Positions 49,155 through 52,106 of a DNA stretch of 52,106 nucleotides are shown here, in pieces. Below the pieces are notes generated by a model. It worked only from the letters and a program-made list of their open reading frames with translations. It made no database searches and was not told where the DNA came from. The DNA is from Gemmatimonadota bacterium (GTDB lineage: Bacteria > Gemmatimonadota > Gemmatimonadetes > Gemmatimonadales > GWC2-71-9), in assembly GCA_039586365.1 (NCBI GenBank), contig JBDHKN010000020.1:1-52106 (forward strand). The letters are read 5' to 3'. The position numbers and the translations under genes are program-made. Within the stretch, counting starts at the first letter, position 1. Each line of letters starts with the position of its first letter.

Positions 49155-50870
49155 TCACCAGCCTCTAGCCAACCCAGCCCACAAGAAGTCTCCGAGTTCC
49201 CACCATTTTTGCATCGTGGCCCGGGAGAAGTTGTTAGTGTACCGCGTCAGGAACTGACGGTACGTCATGGGATCCTCGTTGCCGTCGTCGCTGCTGGCAA
49301 GCTCCTGCTGCATCAGTTCCAGCGCCTTCTGTTCGATCAGTGGCACTTCATCGAAGGCCTGATCCTCGAACTCTATCACGGCGCCCTCCAGGTATTCCCG
49401 CGCCCACCCCCATTTGATCTGGGCCAGCCGGTTTGCTCGCCGGAACCACCAGCAGGCGGAATCCTCCCTGTAGCTCTTCTGGCAACCGGTCTTGAAACTC
49501 TCGGGTAACTCGGTTACCCCGGCCCAGATCGGGATCCGCGGACTCTGCCCCGGATTGTCGAAGGAGAACCAAGCGACTGTACCGATCTCGGGGGGGAGCC
49601 AGTCGCGGGCCTGGATGACTTGCGAGTAGGAACACTGCTGCACCGCAATGGTGCGCTGGAAGTCCACGGTGCCGGGTTTCAAGGTGTTCAACAGCTGCCC
49701 CCAGTCCCTGCTCATATTCCAGTTGTTCACCATCGGGCTCTTGACAGTCTCGCCAGACCGGTCGGTCACCGTGAGATTCCCTGTCATGTCGAACTCGGTG
49801 CCCTCGTACGTCTCCCTGTAATAGGCCAAGACATCCCGGACCGAGACCTTTGCGTCAGGTTTGACCGAAAAGGGCAGCTCTTCCATGTCTCTGGTGAGGT
49901 TCAGCGAAGGAGCGAGGGTGCTCAGGATGTAGAACTCCCGCACCGAGTACGGCGGCCGCGAGTTGCCTTCCCGATCGACGTTGCCGTATGCCTTCCACCA
50001 CTTGAACGGCTGACCGCTCTCCGGATCCCAATATCCAAGCTCCTCAGCCAAAGACAAGACGTTCTCGCTGGCCATGTAGTGGTCCGGGTCGTCCAAATCG
50101 AGGTTGCTGATGCGGGGGATGTTGGCCGAAACCCCTACGTGGCCATCGGGAATGCGCACCGCAGCCCATACAGCACCCACCTCCATGGGGCCCGCGCCCA
50201 TGATCTCGAAGTGCCAGACTTCCTTCGAATCTGCGAAGGTAAGACACTCACCCCAGTCACCATAGCCGTATTGCTGCACCAGTCTACCGATGAGCTGAAT
50301 CGCGTCTCGGGCGGTTGTGGTTCGCTCCAGGGCGATGGCTTGGAGGTTTTCTATTAGAAAGAGCCCCTCGTCATTGCGCAGCTCGCGCCTGCCGCCGATG
50401 GTGGTTTCCCCGATCGCGAGCCCCTTCTCGTTCATGGCGGGGTACGCCACGTTGAAGTAGCGGTAGGTTTGCTCCACCTCGGGGATGCTACCCTTGAGCC
50501 GCAGGTTCCGCATGTCGTCGGGTGTCTCGGTGTGCAGCTTGCCCCAGTAGATCGGTCGCTGACTGCCCGCTGGATTAACTCTGCGCGGCTCTATCTGCAA
50601 CCACGTGCGATAGTTGCCGTCACAGCTGTGGGCGGTCATGACGGAACCGTCGGTGGAGGCTTGTTGCCCCACCATAATGCTGGTACAGCCGCAATCGGAA
50701 TCCGGTGCCCCACACCCGCACCCCGAGCCGTCGGGCGCCGTATCGGAGCACTGAGGTCCGGCAGGGACCAATTGCGTCAACTGTGCGGAGGCCGGTACCA
50801 CCCCGGCGGTGAAGACCATGACAGCCGCCATCACCGAGCCCATCACGCCGATTTGTAGGTAACGTTTCAC
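49155..50870 (-). CDS. Secreted C69 family dipeptidase (Ntn hydrolase)
   Basis: AAAGGAG before GTG 50870; CTSIMVG..AS.DGS, MNEKGLAIGETT, ER.TTARDAI, EVWHFE, SANIPRI. Confidence 0.87.
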   Translation of the reverse strand: MKRYLQIGVMGSVMAAVMVFTAGVVPASAQLTQLVPAGPQCSDTAPDGSGCGCGAPDSDCGCTSIMVGQQASTDGSVMTAHSCDGNYRTWLQIEPRRVNPAGSQRPIYWGKLHTETPDDMRNLRLKGSIPEVEQTYRYFNVAYPAMNEKGLAIGETTIGGRRELRNDEGLFLIENLQAIALERTTTARDAIQLIGRLVQQYGYGDWGECLTFADSKEVWHFEIMGAGPMEVGAVWAAVRIPDGHVGVSANIPRISNLDLDDPDHYMASENVLSLAEELGYWDPESGQPFKWWKAYGNVDREGNSRPPYSVREFYILSTLAPSLNLTRDMEELPFSVKPDAKVSVRDVLAYYRETYEGTEFDMTGNLTVTDRSGETVKSPMVNNWNMSRDWGQLLNTLKPGTVDFQRTIAVQQCSYSQVIQARDWLPPEIGTVAWFSFDNPGQSPRIPIWAGVTELPESFKTGCQKSYREDSACWWFRRANRLAQIKWGWAREYLEGAVIEFEDQAFDEVPLIEQKALELMQQELASSDDGNEDPMTYRQFLTRYTNNFSRATMQKWWELGDFLWAGLARGW

Positions 50871-50893
50871 GGGATTACTCCTTTCGATCGTCG

Positions 50894-52087
50894 CTATTCG
50901 ATCACCACCCGGCCCGGCGGCGCCGTAGCAGGGTCGTGCAGCCAATGCCCGAGTCCCTTCTCGCTCACCTCCGCGTACCGCGGTACCCCTCGGCAGCTCA
51001 GCGGTCGGTCGGGATTGAGGATCGTCCAACTATCCATAGTCTGCAGCACTGCTGATGTATGACGGCCTACTCTGACGTCGATGGGCCAACCGTGCTCATC
51101 TATCCGCTCAAACAGCAAGCCGTGTTCACCGGCCTTCACCACGAACTCGTCCTGGCCGGTTAACAGCTGCTCCCGGGTCGTGCGACCTCGGGTTGCGTCC
51201 AGAAAAGGCTCCGGCGCCTCGAACAGCAGTGATATCGCATCGGAGTGGTCGCCCACTTCCCGATGGGACAGGCCGTGCAGATTCAGCGGTGAGTACTCCA
51301 TACCCATGTTGAATTCCTCATCGCTCAACATCATCGAGACGAATGTCGCCAGCTCTTCTCCACTATCGTGCGCTACGATGGTGCTAATCACCGGGTACTG
51401 CAGCTCAGCCTCGTGGAGATCGACGAAGATGTCCACGCCCTCCTGGCGGATGAGCTCCATCAAAGCGTAAGTAGTGCGTTCGGTCAGCGTCCCGTTCGGT
51501 CTCCCAGGCCACGTGCGGTTCAGGTTGCGTATGTCCACGTATGCCAGGTACTGCCCGCTCGGATCGTGGATGTAGACCTCGGGATCGGGCCATTGGTCTA
51601 GCGGATTCGACCAACGGTCTCCCATGCGGAAAGTCTGCTCCCCCCAGTCGGTCCGGATCGCAAAATCAGTGGGGTATGCACCTCCCACCCGGGTAACGGT
51701 GGTGGCGCTGCGGTTGGCGCTCAACACCAAGATCAGCCGACCTTGCTCCATCACGGCGTTCTCGGCGAACAGCCAGGCGGCCAGACGAGCCGCCGGCTCC
51801 TCCGGATGCGTACCGCCAATGACGAACATGGTGGCTCCCGGTTCCTCACCATCAAGGATGTAGACGTTACAGTCATTGACGGTGCCCCGAATACCTCTGA
51901 AGTACTCACTCAGCTGCCTCACTTGAGTCACGCCACTACTCAGAACCACTGGTTCTTCCAGATGCCTGTGCCGATAGAAACTCATGCCGGAGGTCGCGAA
52001 GAGCAGCAGACCCGAACCGCTGATCAACAGCTTGCGGACCAGTGATGGCCTGGCTTCAATGCCGGAGTCGACTCGATCAACCGTCAT
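50894..52087 (-). CDS. Succinylglutamate desuccinylase/aspartoacylase-like (M14-fold) hydrolase with N-terminal anchor
   Basis: GGTHPEE, RNLNRTWPG, DLHEA. Confidence 0.82.
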   Translation of the reverse strand: MTVDRVDSGIEARPSLVRKLLISGSGLLLFATSGMSFYRHRHLEEPVVLSSGVTQVRQLSEYFRGIRGTVNDCNVYILDGEEPGATMFVIGGTHPEEPAARLAAWLFAENAVMEQGRLILVLSANRSATTVTRVGGAYPTDFAIRTDWGEQTFRMGDRWSNPLDQWPDPEVYIHDPSGQYLAYVDIRNLNRTWPGRPNGTLTERTTYALMELIRQEGVDIFVDLHEAELQYPVISTIVAHDSGEELATFVSMMLSDEEFNMGMEYSPLNLHGLSHREVGDHSDAISLLFEAPEPFLDATRGRTTREQLLTGQDEFVVKAGEHGLLFERIDEHGWPIDVRVGRHTSAVLQTMDSWTILNPDRPLSCRGVPRYAEVSEKGLGHWLHDPATAPPGRVVIE

Positions 52088-52106
52088 CGCATTTCCCCCA
52101 TCTCAC

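Noticed and set aside
1..52106. CRISPR arrays, tRNA/rRNA, IS elements, prophage or defence genes
   Set aside because: No spaced direct-repeat array, RNA gene signature, transposase, integrase or recognisable defence domain seen by eye.

Overview
GC-rich bacterial chromosomal segment. Gene content (Ser/Thr kinase-TolB-like-TPR protein, PadR plus ADOP permease, two Asp-box/VPS10-like giant proteins, many secreted peptidases) suggests Gemmatimonadota or a similar lineage; this is inference. No rRNA, tRNA, CRISPR array, integrase or transposase was recognised. Main blocks: (1) partial kinase gene and a cupin-SDR-ilvE operon; (2) a divergon at 10.6-16.0 kb with an ECF sigma factor, a membrane anti-sigma-like protein carrying a glycogen-binding (CBM48/AMPK-beta-like) domain, a secreted helical protein and an outer-membrane protein with a second such domain, opposite a DUF4382-like lipoprotein and a beta-barrel gene, with two same-spacing copies of a GTGAC-N16-GGGTATC motif pointing in opposite directions between them (best candidate for an uncharacterised system); (3) a Dat-like aminotransferase, hydantoinase, Ddc-like decarboxylase, amino acid symporter and hydantoin racemase cluster, split by modABC and ending in a decayed YgeY-like gene; (4) suyAB-like sulfolactate sulfo-lyase; (5) PadR-ADOP with paired candidate operators; (6) peptidases and phosphatases. 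Family calls come from motif recognition by eye, not database searches.
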